From the IMG/VR virus record IMGVR_UViG_2706795462_000001: DNA of 64,000 bases; one strand, 5' to 3'. This DNA comes from a virus (lineage: Duplodnaviria; Heunggongvirae; Uroviricota; Caudoviricetes; Herelleviridae). The notes below the pieces were generated by a model that saw nothing but the letters and a program-made list of their open reading frames with translations, made no database searches and was not told where the DNA came from. A program made the position numbers and the translations under genes. Shown piece after piece: positions 43,201-53,395 of this stretch (positions are counted from its first letter, which is position 1; every line of letters begins with the position of its first letter).

Positions 43201-43587
43201 TTGAATAATAACATAGCTATATTCATATTCAAAACACTGGTTATCATTATATTCTTACTACTAATTTTGTCTGTTATTAATTCCTTGTCCCTTATTTATT
43301 CAATAAGACCGAGTGTAGTTATGACATACTTTATATTTGGTGGTATTGTTTCTAATGTCGCACTTACTATAACAGATAAGTTCTTACTGAAGAAAGAAGA
43401 CCCCCTACCTGAATATGTTCTTAAAAAAGTAGAGATAAATGATAAAGAAATAAGAATAATCAAGAAAATCATAGAAAGTAACTACGGTATAACAGCAGAA
43501 GAGATAAAAGTTAGGGCTAAAGCACAAAGAAGAATAGAGGAAGATAGTAAAAAGGAAGATTACGATGAAAACAAAGAAAGAAATTAA
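43201..43587 (+). CDS. membrane protein (N-terminal TM helices, charged C-terminus)
   Basis: RBS AGGAGG; first gene of the rightward morphogenesis block. Confidence 0.55.
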   Translation: MNNNIAIFIFKTLVIIIFLLLILSVINSLSLIYSIRPSVVMTYFIFGGIVSNVALTITDKFLLKKEDPLPEYVLKKVEINDKEIRIIKKIIESNYGITAEEIKVRAKAQRRIEEDSKKEDYDENKERN

Positions 43588-43843
43588 AGAACAAAGGAAA
43601 GAGCTTAAGGATGGTGCTACATCTGTTTCTTTAGTAAAAAAAGGAGATAAGAGAATAGCTAGCCCTAGTAGAATTTGTAGCCTATGCGGTCAGCAGTTAT
43701 CAGGTATGAATTACACTAAAGGAAAAGCATTATCAAAAGTTAATCATTTTCATTTACAGTATTCTAAGTATATTTATTTTGATATTTGCGCAGATATCAA
43801 CAATTGTTATAAGAATTTAAGAAAAAGAGGTGAAATGGATTGA
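43565..43843 (+). CDS. hypothetical basic protein with CxxC pair (position suggests possible terminase small subunit)
   Basis: RBS AAAAGGAAG inside the upstream gene end; CSLCGQQ; position directly upstream of terL. Confidence 0.4.
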   Translation: MKTKKEIKEQRKELKDGATSVSLVKKGDKRIASPSRICSLCGQQLSGMNYTKGKALSKVNHFHLQYSKYIYFDICADINNCYKNLRKRGEMD

Positions 43844-44250
43844 GTGCAGAAAATATTAGAGATATAATTAACAAGAAAAAGTTAGAAGAAGAGGATACAA
43901 GAAAATATATAGCTGATGGATTTATGAATGGTATAGGTAAATTAATGTATGAATTCAATAAAAAAGTAGATAATAAAGAAATAGAAGTTAAAGACCCTAA
44001 TGATTTATATAAACTATTCGTGATATTCTCTCAAATGCAAAATATGGTTAATGAAACTTCTGAAGGTGGAGCAATACCTCAGCTATCTAGACCTCAGCAA
44101 GAATTATTTGACGAGATTACAACAGAAGATAGTAATGGAGAATCTACAGTTGATTTACAGAAGATACAAGAAATGACAGCAGAAGATATTACAGCAATGA
44201 TTTCTGAAAAAGAAAAAGTAATGAATGAGGAAAATTCAGAAACATTCTAA
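43840..44250 (+). CDS. hypothetical acidic protein (TTG start)
   Basis: RBS AAGAGGTGA; TTG overlaps previous stop. Confidence 0.5.
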   Translation: MSAENIRDIINKKKLEEEDTRKYIADGFMNGIGKLMYEFNKKVDNKEIEVKDPNDLYKLFVIFSQMQNMVNETSEGGAIPQLSRPQQELFDEITTEDSNGESTVDLQKIQEMTAEDITAMISEKEKVMNEENSETF

Positions 44251-44264
44251 GGAGAAAGATATAA

Positions 44265-46083
44265 ATGGATGGAAAAGAACTAATTAAGATAGCACAAGAA
44301 ACATTTCAAACTGAAAAAATAACAAGAGAACAGATAGACCATATAATCAATATGTTAAACCCTTCTACCTATATGCTTAAGTATCACACACTAAGAGGAC
44401 ACCCTATAACTTTCAGCATTCCTAATAGAGATAGAAGTAAAGCACAGGCTCATAGACCATGGCAAACTAGGATTGTAAACGATACTCATCCTAATAAGGC
44501 TGTAATAAAATCACGTCAGTTAGGTCTTAGTGAGATGGGTGTAATGGAAATGGTTCATTTTGCAGATATGCATAGTTATGCCAATGCAAAGTGTTTATAC
44601 ACATTCCCTACAAATGAACAAATGAAAAAAATTTGTTCAGTCTCGTTTGAACCCTGTATTAGAAAAAGAATATTTTAGAGATATTGTTGATTGGGATAAA
44701 GACTCTTTAGGTTTTAAAAAGATAAGAAACTCTAGTTTATTCTTTAGAACAAGTTCTAAAGCAAGTACTGTAGAGGGTGTGGATATTGACTACTTATCCT
44801 TAGATGAGTATGATAGGGTAAACTTATTAGCAGAGTCATCTGCATTAGAGTCAATGTCTTCATCACCTTTTAAGATTGTGAGAAGATGGAGCACACCATC
44901 TGTACCCGGTATGGGTATACACAAATTATATCAACAATCTGACCAATGGTATTATGGTCATAGATGTCAACATTGTGATTATTTAAATGAAATGAGTTAT
45001 AATGATTACAACCCTGATAATCTTGAAGAAAGTGGGAATATGTTATGTGTTAACCCTGAAGGTGTAGATGAACAGGCTAAAACAGTACAGAATGGTAGTT
45101 ACCAATTTGTTTGTCAAAAATGCGGTAAACCACTAGATAGATGGTATAATGGTGAGTGGCATTGTAAGTACCCTGAGCGTACAAAAGGTAATAAAGGGGT
45201 ACGAGGATACCTAATAACACAAATGAACGCTGTATGGATTTCTGCTGATGAATTAAAAGAAAAAGAAATGAATACAGAATCTAAGCAAGCGTTTTACAAT
45301 TATATTTTGGGTTATCCATTTGAAGATGTTAAACTGAGAGTTAATGAAGAAGACGTTTATGGTAACAAATCACCTATTGCAGAAACACAATTAATGAAAC
45401 GAGATAGATATTCTCATATAGCTATTGGTATAGATTGGGGAAATACTCATTGGATAACTGTTCATGGTATGTTACCTAATGGTAAGGTAGACTTAATACG
45501 ATTATTCTCTGTTAAAAAGATGACAAGACCTGATTTAGTTGAAGCAGATTTAGAAAAAATCATTTGGGAAATATCTAAGTACGACCCTGATATTATAATT
45601 GCAGATAACGGAGATTCAGGAAACAATGTTTTAAAACTCATTAATCATTTTGGAAAAGATAAAGTGTTTGGATGTACTTATAAATCTTCTCCTAAATCTA
45701 CAGGACAGTTGAGACCCGAATTTAATGAGAACAATAATAGGGTTACAGTAGATAAATTAATGCAGAATAAAAGATATATACAAGCACTTAAGACAAAGGA
45801 TATAAGTGTTTATAGTACAGTAGATGATGATTTAAAAACTTTCTTAAAACATTGGCAAAATGTTGTTATTATGGATGAAGAAGATGAAAAAACTGGAGAA
45901 ATGTATCAAGTTATTAAACGTAAAGGTGACGACCATTATGCACAAGCAAGTGTTTATGCCTATATCGGATTAACAAGAATAAAAGAACTTCTTAAAGAAG
46001 GAAATGGTACAAGCTTCGGTTCTACATTTGTTTCTACTGATTACAACCAAGAAGGAAATAAACAATTCTACTTTGATGAATAG
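44265..46083 (+). CDS. terL: terminase large subunit (Terminase_6 / T4 gp17-like), interrupted by 1-nt insertion in A7 run 44625-44631
   Basis: ORF 44265..44678 (..VIKSRQLGLSEMGVM.., the terminase ATPase motif) and ORF 44647..46083 overlap in different frames. Reading A7 as A6 gives ..TNEQMKKFVQSRLNPVLEKEYFRDIV.. as one roughly 605-aa protein. No intron-like insert. Confidence 0.8.
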
Positions 46084-46096
46084 AGGTGAAATAGAC

Positions 46097-46897
46097 TTGA
46101 CAGATAAATTATTTTATGGTACAATTAGTAATGAAGAAATTAATAAAAGTGTATTGAATTTGTTATTAGGTGAGGAATTATCTTTAGATTATGTTTCTAA
46201 AAATAGTGATACCTTAGATGTTAAATATGAACATGTTTATAAATCTCTAGGATTCGATAATTTCTTTGATTGTTTTTTATATGCTAATAGGGAACCTGAA
46301 ATAGTCCATAAAGGTGGAGATAAAAATCTTGGTGGGCTAAATAAGGTTAAACGTACTGTTATTCGTAATGGTAAAGAAATGGAAATGACAGTTTACGAAG
46401 ATGGTAATAAAGAAAATGATAGTAAAGAAAAACAAGAAGGCAAAGAAGAAGTTAGTAGAAGTGCAGTAGGAGCAAGAGCTATTTCTAATGGTGAAGAAGG
46501 AAAGGTAAACCCTAAAAAGGTAGCAAACTCATTATCTAGTTTAAGTAAAAAAGGTGTCGATGTATCACATGTTAGTACAAACTCGTCATTGTATAAAGAG
46601 TTTGTTGATGATAATGGGGATACATTAGGAATTACATCTTTTAAAAGAACTGAAAATGATATAATATTAGAATCTTATGCAAGTTCACCCGATTCAGATG
46701 GTGTAGGGGCTAGAGCTATTATGGAATTATTACGTTTAAGTATTAAGGAAAATAAAAATGCAGTTGTGTATGACATAGAATTGCCTGAAGCTATAGAGTA
46801 TTTAAAAACTTTAGGATTTAAACCTAATAAAGATGGATACATCTTAAGAAAAAAAGATGTAAAACAATTCTTAGGTGATTATAGTGATTTTATTTAG
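46097..46897 (+). CDS. hypothetical protein (TTG start after terL)
   Basis: RBS AGAGGTGA then TTG 46097; ORF-track 46004 start lies inside terL. Confidence 0.5.
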   Translation: MTDKLFYGTISNEEINKSVLNLLLGEELSLDYVSKNSDTLDVKYEHVYKSLGFDNFFDCFLYANREPEIVHKGGDKNLGGLNKVKRTVIRNGKEMEMTVYEDGNKENDSKEKQEGKEEVSRSAVGARAISNGEEGKVNPKKVANSLSSLSKKGVDVSHVSTNSSLYKEFVDDNGDTLGITSFKRTENDIILESYASSPDSDGVGARAIMELLRLSIKENKNAVVYDIELPEAIEYLKTLGFKPNKDGYILRKKDVKQFLGDYSDFI

Positions 46898-47057
46898 CAC
46901 TGTAGTCATCTATTCTATTGTATTTATTCTCTATATTATATTAAAAACAATTTATGTAAAGTCTAATATGAATAGAATAGATAACACAACTGAATTATTA
47001 AAAATATTACAGGAAGATATTGAAGGAAAGATAAAAAAGGAAGGAAGAAATAAATGA
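46875..47057 (+). CDS. small membrane protein (GTG start)
   Basis: 60 aa, one TM helix; overlaps neighbours by a few nt. Confidence 0.35.
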   Translation: MIIVILFSTVVIYSIVFILYIILKTIYVKSNMNRIDNTTELLKILQEDIEGKIKKEGRNK

Positions 47058-47533
47058 CTTTAGAAGAAAATAAATTAACATTAGAAGAATCAATAACTCC
47101 ACTTAGTAAAGAGGAGAAAGAGGATAGTATTAAAGAATTTAGTAGTTTATTATGTGAAATGGTAAATAGATTATACAAGTCTTACAATGTATTTAGACAA
47201 GACCCTATGGATGAAACGCAACGTTTAGATGGTTCTCTAATGGTCTTTCAAAGTAGACTAAATGACCCTTTAACAGGAGATTTACATGACAAGATGTATA
47301 AACTTGCTTTTTCAAAACGCATTGATATTTTTGAAGCTAACAAGCAATTCAGAAAAGATGTAGAATCAGGTAAAGCAATTGAACTAGGTGATGTAGCTAT
47401 TATAGATACAGCATTAAGTAATATTCTTTCAGGTAACGAGTTCCAAGGAAGTATTTCGTTTATGCTTAGAAAAGACTTTGAAGAAAAAGAAAGAATTAGA
47501 AAAGAAGAAGAAGAGAAACTTAATAACTTATAA
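47054..47533 (+). CDS. hypothetical protein
   Basis: 159-aa ORF; RBS GGAAGGAAGAAATAAATG. Confidence 0.55.
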   Translation: MTLEENKLTLEESITPLSKEEKEDSIKEFSSLLCEMVNRLYKSYNVFRQDPMDETQRLDGSLMVFQSRLNDPLTGDLHDKMYKLAFSKRIDIFEANKQFRKDVESGKAIELGDVAIIDTALSNILSGNEFQGSISFMLRKDFEEKERIRKEEEEKLNNL

Positions 47534-47574
47534 AAGGGAAGAATTATGAGACTATATAAAATGAGGTATCATAA

Positions 47575-48825
47575 TTGAAAAAGAAACCACAAGGCAATGA
47601 GATAATCATAACCATAATAACGGTTATGATAGCAATATTTGTAGTCATTATGACCATATTTTTTAATAAATACCAAGATGCTAAAGAAGATAAAGATAGA
47701 TATCAGAGATTAGTTGAGATTTATAAAAAAGCAGATGATAATGATGGAGAGACTAAAAAGAAATACGTAAAAAGATTAAATAAAGCTGAAGAAGAACTTA
47801 AAAAAGTAAAGAAAGAAACAAATTATAAAGACTATAATAAGAAGTCAAATAAAGAAAGACAAAAGGAAGATAAAGAAACTAGAGAGAAAATATATGATGT
47901 AACTGGTGATGATGACTTAATATTAGTAAAAAATAATATTGAGTTTAGTGATAAGGTAGATAAACCTGAAATACTTATTAGTGAAGATGGAATTGGTACG
48001 ATAACTGTTCCTACAAACAGTGGTTATGAAAAACAAACAGTAGGTTCTATTATTACTAGTGTATTAGGTTCCCCGTTCTTATCAAATGATTCACCCGGTA
48101 TAGATAGTTTAGGTATCATTAATAGTAATGTTTATCCAAATACAGTAGATAGTATAGTAGAAGATACAAATACTTCTACTGATAATGTACTAAAGGATAA
48201 TCCTATTATAACAAATCCAGTTGAACCAACCACACCTTCAGATATATTACCTCCTATTGATAATCCGTCAGTTCCTATATTACCTGAAAATCCTGTAGAC
48301 AATAATTCAGGAAATATAGATAATACGGATAATCCAAACCCTCCACCTCCAGGATATACAGATGAAGATGGAGGTAGAGGCTCAGGTGGTGGAGGTAATG
48401 TTGAACCCCCACCAACGGAAGAACCTTCAGATAACGGTAATACAGGGGGAGGAGATTGGGAAGAAAAACCTGACCCAGGAGAAGAGCCATCAGATAATGG
48501 TAATACAGGAGACAATGAAGGAGAGGTAACTCCTGAACCTGACCCTACACCTTCTGAACCTGAGCCTGAACCTTCTGAGCCTGAACAACCTAATGAAAAA
48601 CCTGATGAGGGTAATGGTAATGAAGAAAAACCATCCGAACCATCAGATAATCCTGATGAAAATGGAGGATGGGAAACTGAGCCTTCCGAACCTGAAACAC
48701 CTTCTGAGCCGGACGATAAGGTGGACGAAGAGGATAAAAACGAAGATACAACAGAGGATAAACAACCTACAGAACAACCGGACGATAATAATACAGATAA
48801 TGAGGATAAAACTGAAGAGGAGTAA
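47575..48825 (+). CDS. membrane-anchored protein with Pro/Glu/Asp-rich low-complexity C-terminal half
   Basis: N-terminal TM helix; repeats EEPSDNGNTG x2 and PEPDPTPSEPEPEPSEPE; terminator 48817-48842. Confidence 0.6.
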   Translation: MKKKPQGNEIIITIITVMIAIFVVIMTIFFNKYQDAKEDKDRYQRLVEIYKKADDNDGETKKKYVKRLNKAEEELKKVKKETNYKDYNKKSNKERQKEDKETREKIYDVTGDDDLILVKNNIEFSDKVDKPEILISEDGIGTITVPTNSGYEKQTVGSIITSVLGSPFLSNDSPGIDSLGIINSNVYPNTVDSIVEDTNTSTDNVLKDNPIITNPVEPTTPSDILPPIDNPSVPILPENPVDNNSGNIDNTDNPNPPPPGYTDEDGGRGSGGGGNVEPPPTEEPSDNGNTGGGDWEEKPDPGEEPSDNGNTGDNEGEVTPEPDPTPSEPEPEPSEPEQPNEKPDEGNGNEEKPSEPSDNPDENGGWETEPSEPETPSEPDDKVDEEDKNEDTTEDKQPTEQPDDNNTDNEDKTEEE

Positions 48826-48842
48826 TTACTCCTCTTTTTTGT
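48817..48842 (+). terminator. rho-independent terminator
   Basis: GAGGAGT-aatt-ACTCCTC plus T6. Confidence 0.6.
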
Positions 48843-48876
48843 TTGCTATATTAAATAAGAGATAAATATAAAAAAA

Positions 48877-49251
48877 TTGAACATTACGGTGGTGAAAACT
48901 TTGATAGGAATGAATGTTATAACGTCACTATCAGTAGTATTTACCTGTTTAAGTCTTTTAACTTTAATGATTTTTGTTCACAGTAAGTTCTCCAGTAAAA
49001 ACGTTTTTGTTTTGTATGTAATTTATGCTATAATAGGAATAGGTACATACATAGTTTTAACTATGTTTCAAACAACATCTGTACTTATTAAGAATGATGT
49101 AATAGATTCCATAGAAAATACTGAACATTATATTGGATTCAATGACCCTATAATAATATTTACTATAAGTTTTATAGGAGCAATACTTGGAGGAATTTGG
49201 TACAAGATGATGAAAATTATTAAAAAGAGTAACTTTAAAGATAAAAAATAA
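48877..49251 (+). CDS. integral membrane protein
   Basis: 124 aa, 3-4 TM helices. Confidence 0.5.
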   Translation: MNITVVKTLIGMNVITSLSVVFTCLSLLTLMIFVHSKFSSKNVFVLYVIYAIIGIGTYIVLTMFQTTSVLIKNDVIDSIENTEHYIGFNDPIIIFTISFIGAILGGIWYKMMKIIKKSNFKDKK

Positions 49252-49259
49252 AAAAGACG

Positions 49260-49538
49260 GTGAATAGGTTGATATTCTCTAAAGATAAGAAATGGGATGA
49301 AGCAAAAGATTTCATCAAAGGTCAAGGTATGCAAGATAATTGGATAGAGATTGTAGATTATTACAGACAGATAGGTGGAAAACACGTAGCTGTTTTTATT
49401 GCTTTAAACAAAGTAAAATACATGATTCTAGAAGCAACAAAAGATAATAAAGTAATATTAGTAGATAAAGATAATAATATACTATTAGAAGATTATGATA
49501 TTGTTATGGAAAGTAAAAAAAATGTTTTATTACATTGA
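49260..49538 (+). CDS. hypothetical protein (GTG/TTG start)
   Basis: 92-aa ORF. Confidence 0.45.
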   Translation: MNRLIFSKDKKWDEAKDFIKGQGMQDNWIEIVDYYRQIGGKHVAVFIALNKVKYMILEATKDNKVILVDKDNNILLEDYDIVMESKKNVLLH

Positions 49539-49644
49539 AGAACCGTTCGAGGTTAAAATAAATATCCCTCAACATATTAGAGATGTAACTTATAATAATA
49601 CTGTTGTATTAACTACAGTAAGAGGGAGTAGAGGTGACTAGTAA

Positions 49645-51336
49645 TTGGCAGATTTATTTAAGCAATTCAGATTAGGTAAGGACTATGGTAATAATAGTAC
49701 CATTGCTCAAGTTCCTATTGATGAAGGATTACAAGCTAACATTAAAAAAATAGAACAAGACAATAAAGAGTACCAAGACTTAACTAAGTCTTTATACGGA
49801 CAACAACAGGCTTATGCAGAGCCATTTATAGAAATGATGGATACTAATCCTGAATTTAGAGATAAGAGAAGTTACATGAAGAATGAACATAATTTACACG
49901 ATGTTTTGAAAAAGTTTGGTAATAATCCTATTCTTAATGCTATCATACTTACACGTTCAAATCAAGTAGCTATGTATTGTCAACCTGCAAGATACTCAGA
50001 GAAAGGTTTAGGTTTTGAGGTAAGATTAAGAGACCTAGATGCAGAACCAGGTAGAAAAGAAAAAGAAGAAATGAAACGTATAGAAGATTTTATTGTTAAT
50101 ACAGGTAAAGATAAAGATGTAGATAGAGATTCGTTTCAAACTTTCTGTAAGAAAATTGTTAGAGATACTTATATATATGACCAAGTTAACTTTGAAAAAG
50201 TATTTAATAAGAACAATAAAACTAGATTAGAAAAATTCATAGCAGTAGACCCTTCTACTATTTTTTATGCAACAGATAAAAAAGGTAAAATTATTAAGGG
50301 TGGTAAGAGGTTTGTTCAAGTAGTAGATAAAAGAGTAGTAGCTAGTTTTACTTCTAGAGAATTAGCTATGGGTATAAGAAATCCTAGAACTGAATTATCT
50401 TCTTCAGGGTACGGATTATCAGAAGTAGAGATAGCTATGAAAGAATTTATTGCTTATAATAATACTGAATCATTTAACGATAGATTTTTCTCACATGGTG
50501 GTACTACAAGAGGGATTTTACAAATACGTTCAGACCAACAACAATCACAACATGCATTAGAGAACTTCAAGCGTGAATGGAAATCAAGTTTATCGGGTAT
50601 CAATGGTTCATGGCAAATTCCAGTGGTAATGGCAGACGATATTAAATTTGTTAATATGACACCGACTGCTAATGATATGCAATTTGAGAAATGGTTAAAT
50701 TATCTTATTAATATTATATCTGCTTTGTATGGTATTGACCCTGCAGAAATTGGTTTCCCTAATAGAGGAGGAGCTACAGGTTCTAAAGGTGGTTCTACTT
50801 TAAATGAGGCTGACCCAGGTAAAAAACAACAACAATCTCAAAATAAAGGTTTACAACCTTTACTTAGATTTATTGAAGATTTAGTTAATAGACATATTAT
50901 ATCAGAATATGGAGATAAATATACATTCCAATTCGTAGGTGGAGATACTAAGAGTGCTACGGACAAACTTAATATTCTTAAACTAGAAACTCAAATATTT
51001 AAAACAGTAAATGAGGCTAGAGAAGAACAAGGTAAGAAACCTATTGAAGGTGGAGACATTATCTTAGATGCTTCATTCTTACAAGGAACAGCACAATTAC
51101 AACAAGATAAACAATATAATGATGGTAAACAGAAAGAACGTTTACAAATGATGATGAGTTTACTAGAAGGAGATACTGACGATTCAGAAGAAAGTCAATC
51201 AACAGGTTCTAGTAATGCTGATAAAGAAATAGGAACAGATGCGCAAATAAAAGGTGACGATAATGTTTACAGAACTCAAACATCAAATAAAGGTCAAGGG
51301 AGAAAAGGAGAAAAATCTTCTGACTTTAAACATTAA
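49645..51336 (+). CDS. portal protein
   Basis: 563 aa, TTG start after RBS AGGGAGTAGAGGTGA; position between terL and prohead protease; size typical of myovirus portals; terminator 51342-51377. Confidence 0.75.
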   Translation: MADLFKQFRLGKDYGNNSTIAQVPIDEGLQANIKKIEQDNKEYQDLTKSLYGQQQAYAEPFIEMMDTNPEFRDKRSYMKNEHNLHDVLKKFGNNPILNAIILTRSNQVAMYCQPARYSEKGLGFEVRLRDLDAEPGRKEKEEMKRIEDFIVNTGKDKDVDRDSFQTFCKKIVRDTYIYDQVNFEKVFNKNNKTRLEKFIAVDPSTIFYATDKKGKIIKGGKRFVQVVDKRVVASFTSRELAMGIRNPRTELSSSGYGLSEVEIAMKEFIAYNNTESFNDRFFSHGGTTRGILQIRSDQQQSQHALENFKREWKSSLSGINGSWQIPVVMADDIKFVNMTPTANDMQFEKWLNYLINIISALYGIDPAEIGFPNRGGATGSKGGSTLNEADPGKKQQQSQNKGLQPLLRFIEDLVNRHIISEYGDKYTFQFVGGDTKSATDKLNILKLETQIFKTVNEAREEQGKKPIEGGDIILDASFLQGTAQLQQDKQYNDGKQKERLQMMMSLLEGDTDDSEESQSTGSSNADKEIGTDAQIKGDDNVYRTQTSNKGQGRKGEKSSDFKH

Positions 51337-51341
51337 TTAAT

Positions 51342-51377
51342 AAGCCTAGAATAAATCTAGGCTTTGTTTATTTTTTT
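51342..51377 (+). terminator. rho-independent terminator after portal
   Basis: AAGCCTAGA-ataaa-TCTAGGCTT plus T-rich run. Confidence 0.6.
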
Positions 51378-51528
51378 GTAATTTAATTTTGATAAAGGTA
51401 ATAACTATGATATACTATATGTAATTGATATTAATACATAAAAAATATTAATATTTCACTTACAAGTTATTATTGTTATATTATTAACGTAAAAGTAAAT
51501 AAAATAACAAGTGGAGGTGTAGACACCT

Positions 51529-52302
51529 TTGGAAGAAATAAAATTTAATGCTTTTGTACCTATGGACTTGAAGAAATCTGTATCAACAGCTTCTGATACT
51601 AATGAGTATTCTATAGTTTCAGGATGGGCTAGTACTCCAAGTATGGATTTACAGAATGATATAGTTAATCCTAAAGGAATAGATATAGAGTATTTTAAGT
51701 CACAAGGGTACATTAATTATGAGCATCAAAGTGATAAAGTTGTAGGTATACCTACAGAGAATTGCTATGTGGATATAGAAAAAGGTTTATTTATTGAAGC
51801 AAAGCTATGGAAGAATGACGAAAATGTTGTTAAGATGCTTGATTTAGCTGAGAAATTAGAAAAATCAGGTAGTGGAAGACGTTTAGGTTTTTCTATTGAA
51901 GGTGCAGTTAAAAAACGTAACATAAATGACAATAGAGTTATTGACGAAGTTATGATAACAGGAGTTGCATTAGTTAAAAACCCTGCTAATCCTGAAGCAA
52001 CATGGGAAAGCTTTATGAAATCATTTTTAACTGGTCACGGTACATCACCTGACACTCAAGTTGATGCAGGAGCTTTAAGAAAAGAAGAAATAGCATCTAG
52101 TATTACAAATTTAGCTTACGTCACTAAGATTAAAGATTTAAAAGAGTTTAATGATGTATGGAATGGCGTTGTTGAAGATTTGAGTAAATCTAACAGTATG
52201 GGATATGAGGAATCAGTCCTTACGTTACAACTAGCTAAAGGTTTATCTCGTAAAGATGCAGAACTAGCAGTAATGGATATAAACAAACAAAAACTAGAAT
52301 AG
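51529..52302 (+). CDS. prohead protease
   Basis: 257 aa, TTG start after RBS GTGGAGGTG; between portal and scaffold/MCP; ..GWASTPSMDLQNDIV.. S78/U35-like core. Confidence 0.65.
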   Translation: MEEIKFNAFVPMDLKKSVSTASDTNEYSIVSGWASTPSMDLQNDIVNPKGIDIEYFKSQGYINYEHQSDKVVGIPTENCYVDIEKGLFIEAKLWKNDENVVKMLDLAEKLEKSGSGRRLGFSIEGAVKKRNINDNRVIDEVMITGVALVKNPANPEATWESFMKSFLTGHGTSPDTQVDAGALRKEEIASSITNLAYVTKIKDLKEFNDVWNGVVEDLSKSNSMGYEESVLTLQLAKGLSRKDAELAVMDINKQKLE

Positions 52303-52320
52303 GTAAGGAGAATACATTCT

Positions 52321-53280
52321 ATGAGTAAAGAAATGCAAAATATTTTAGAAGAGTATGATAAGTTAAATGCTCAAGAGGCAGTTTCGAAATCTGTAGAAGA
52401 TAATGAAAAGAATACAGTAGAATCTACCGAAGAACAAGTAGCAGAAACAACTGAAGAACCGGCTAAAGAACCTGAAAAGGTTACTGAGGAAGATGCTAAA
52501 GAAGCACAAGAGCAAGGTGAAAAAGTTGAATCTGAAGAGGTAACAGAGGACACTGAAGATGAGGAAGTTGAAAAATCAGCTAAAGAATCAAAAGACCCTG
52601 TAGACCAAAAAGATACTAAAACAGAAAATAAAGACAACGAGAAACGTAAAAATAAAAAAGATAAAAAAGAAGATTCTGAATCTGACGATGAAGACAAAGA
52701 TACTGACGATGATAAAGATAAGAAAGAAGATAAGAAGGAAAAAACTTCTAAATCAATTTCTGATGAGGATATCACAACAGTATTTAAATCTATCCTAACA
52801 TCTTTTGAAAACTTAAATAAGGAGAAAGAAAACTTTGCTACTAAAGACGATTTAAGTGAAGTTAGTAAATCTATTAATGAGTTATCAGCAAAAATTTCTG
52901 AAATCCAATCTGAAGATGTTTCTAAATCAGTAGACACTGATGAAGAAGAAGCTGTAGAAAAATCAGTAACATCTACAAATGGGGAGCAAGAAAAAGTAGA
53001 AGGTTATGTTTCTAAATCAGTAGACACTGAAGAGCAAGCTGAAACTGGTGAAGCAAAATCAGAAGATGCTGAAGAAGTACAAGAAGACAACACATTTAAA
53101 GGATTAAGTCAAGAAGAAAGAACTAAGTTCATGGATTCTTATAAAGCACAAGCTAAAGACCCTAGAGCTTCTAAACATGACTTACAATCAGCTTATCAAT
53201 CTTACTTGAACATTAACACTGACCCTACTAACGCATCAGAGAAAGATATTAAAACTGTAAAAGACTTTGCACAAATTTAA
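52321..53280 (+). CDS. acidic coiled-coil protein, probable scaffolding protein
   Basis: 319 aa, very E/D/K-rich with an internal 23-bp direct repeat; sits between protease and MCP. Confidence 0.55.
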   Translation: MSKEMQNILEEYDKLNAQEAVSKSVEDNEKNTVESTEEQVAETTEEPAKEPEKVTEEDAKEAQEQGEKVESEEVTEDTEDEEVEKSAKESKDPVDQKDTKTENKDNEKRKNKKDKKEDSESDDEDKDTDDDKDKKEDKKEKTSKSISDEDITTVFKSILTSFENLNKEKENFATKDDLSEVSKSINELSAKISEIQSEDVSKSVDTDEEEAVEKSVTSTNGEQEKVEGYVSKSVDTEEQAETGEAKSEDAEEVQEDNTFKGLSQEERTKFMDSYKAQAKDPRASKHDLQSAYQSYLNINTDPTNASEKDIKTVKDFAQI

Positions 53281-53395
53281 TTAATGCACAAAGTTGTGTT
53301 ATATTATACGGTGTAACTAAAGAATATAAATAGGGTACATTTTACTGTACCCTACATAAAATAAAAAGAACACAAATGAAAGGTGATAAATTTAT

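Noticed and set aside
44265-46083. Possible intron, intein or programmed frameshift in terL
   Set aside because: The two ORFs overlap by about 30 nt with no insert. A 1-nt change in an A7 tract gives a continuous Terminase_6 protein, the same pattern as eight other genes in the window.
46004-46096. N-terminal extension of ORF 46004..46897 overlapping the terL 3' end
   Set aside because: No RBS at 46004. A good RBS (AGAGGTGA) precedes TTG 46097 just after the terL stop.
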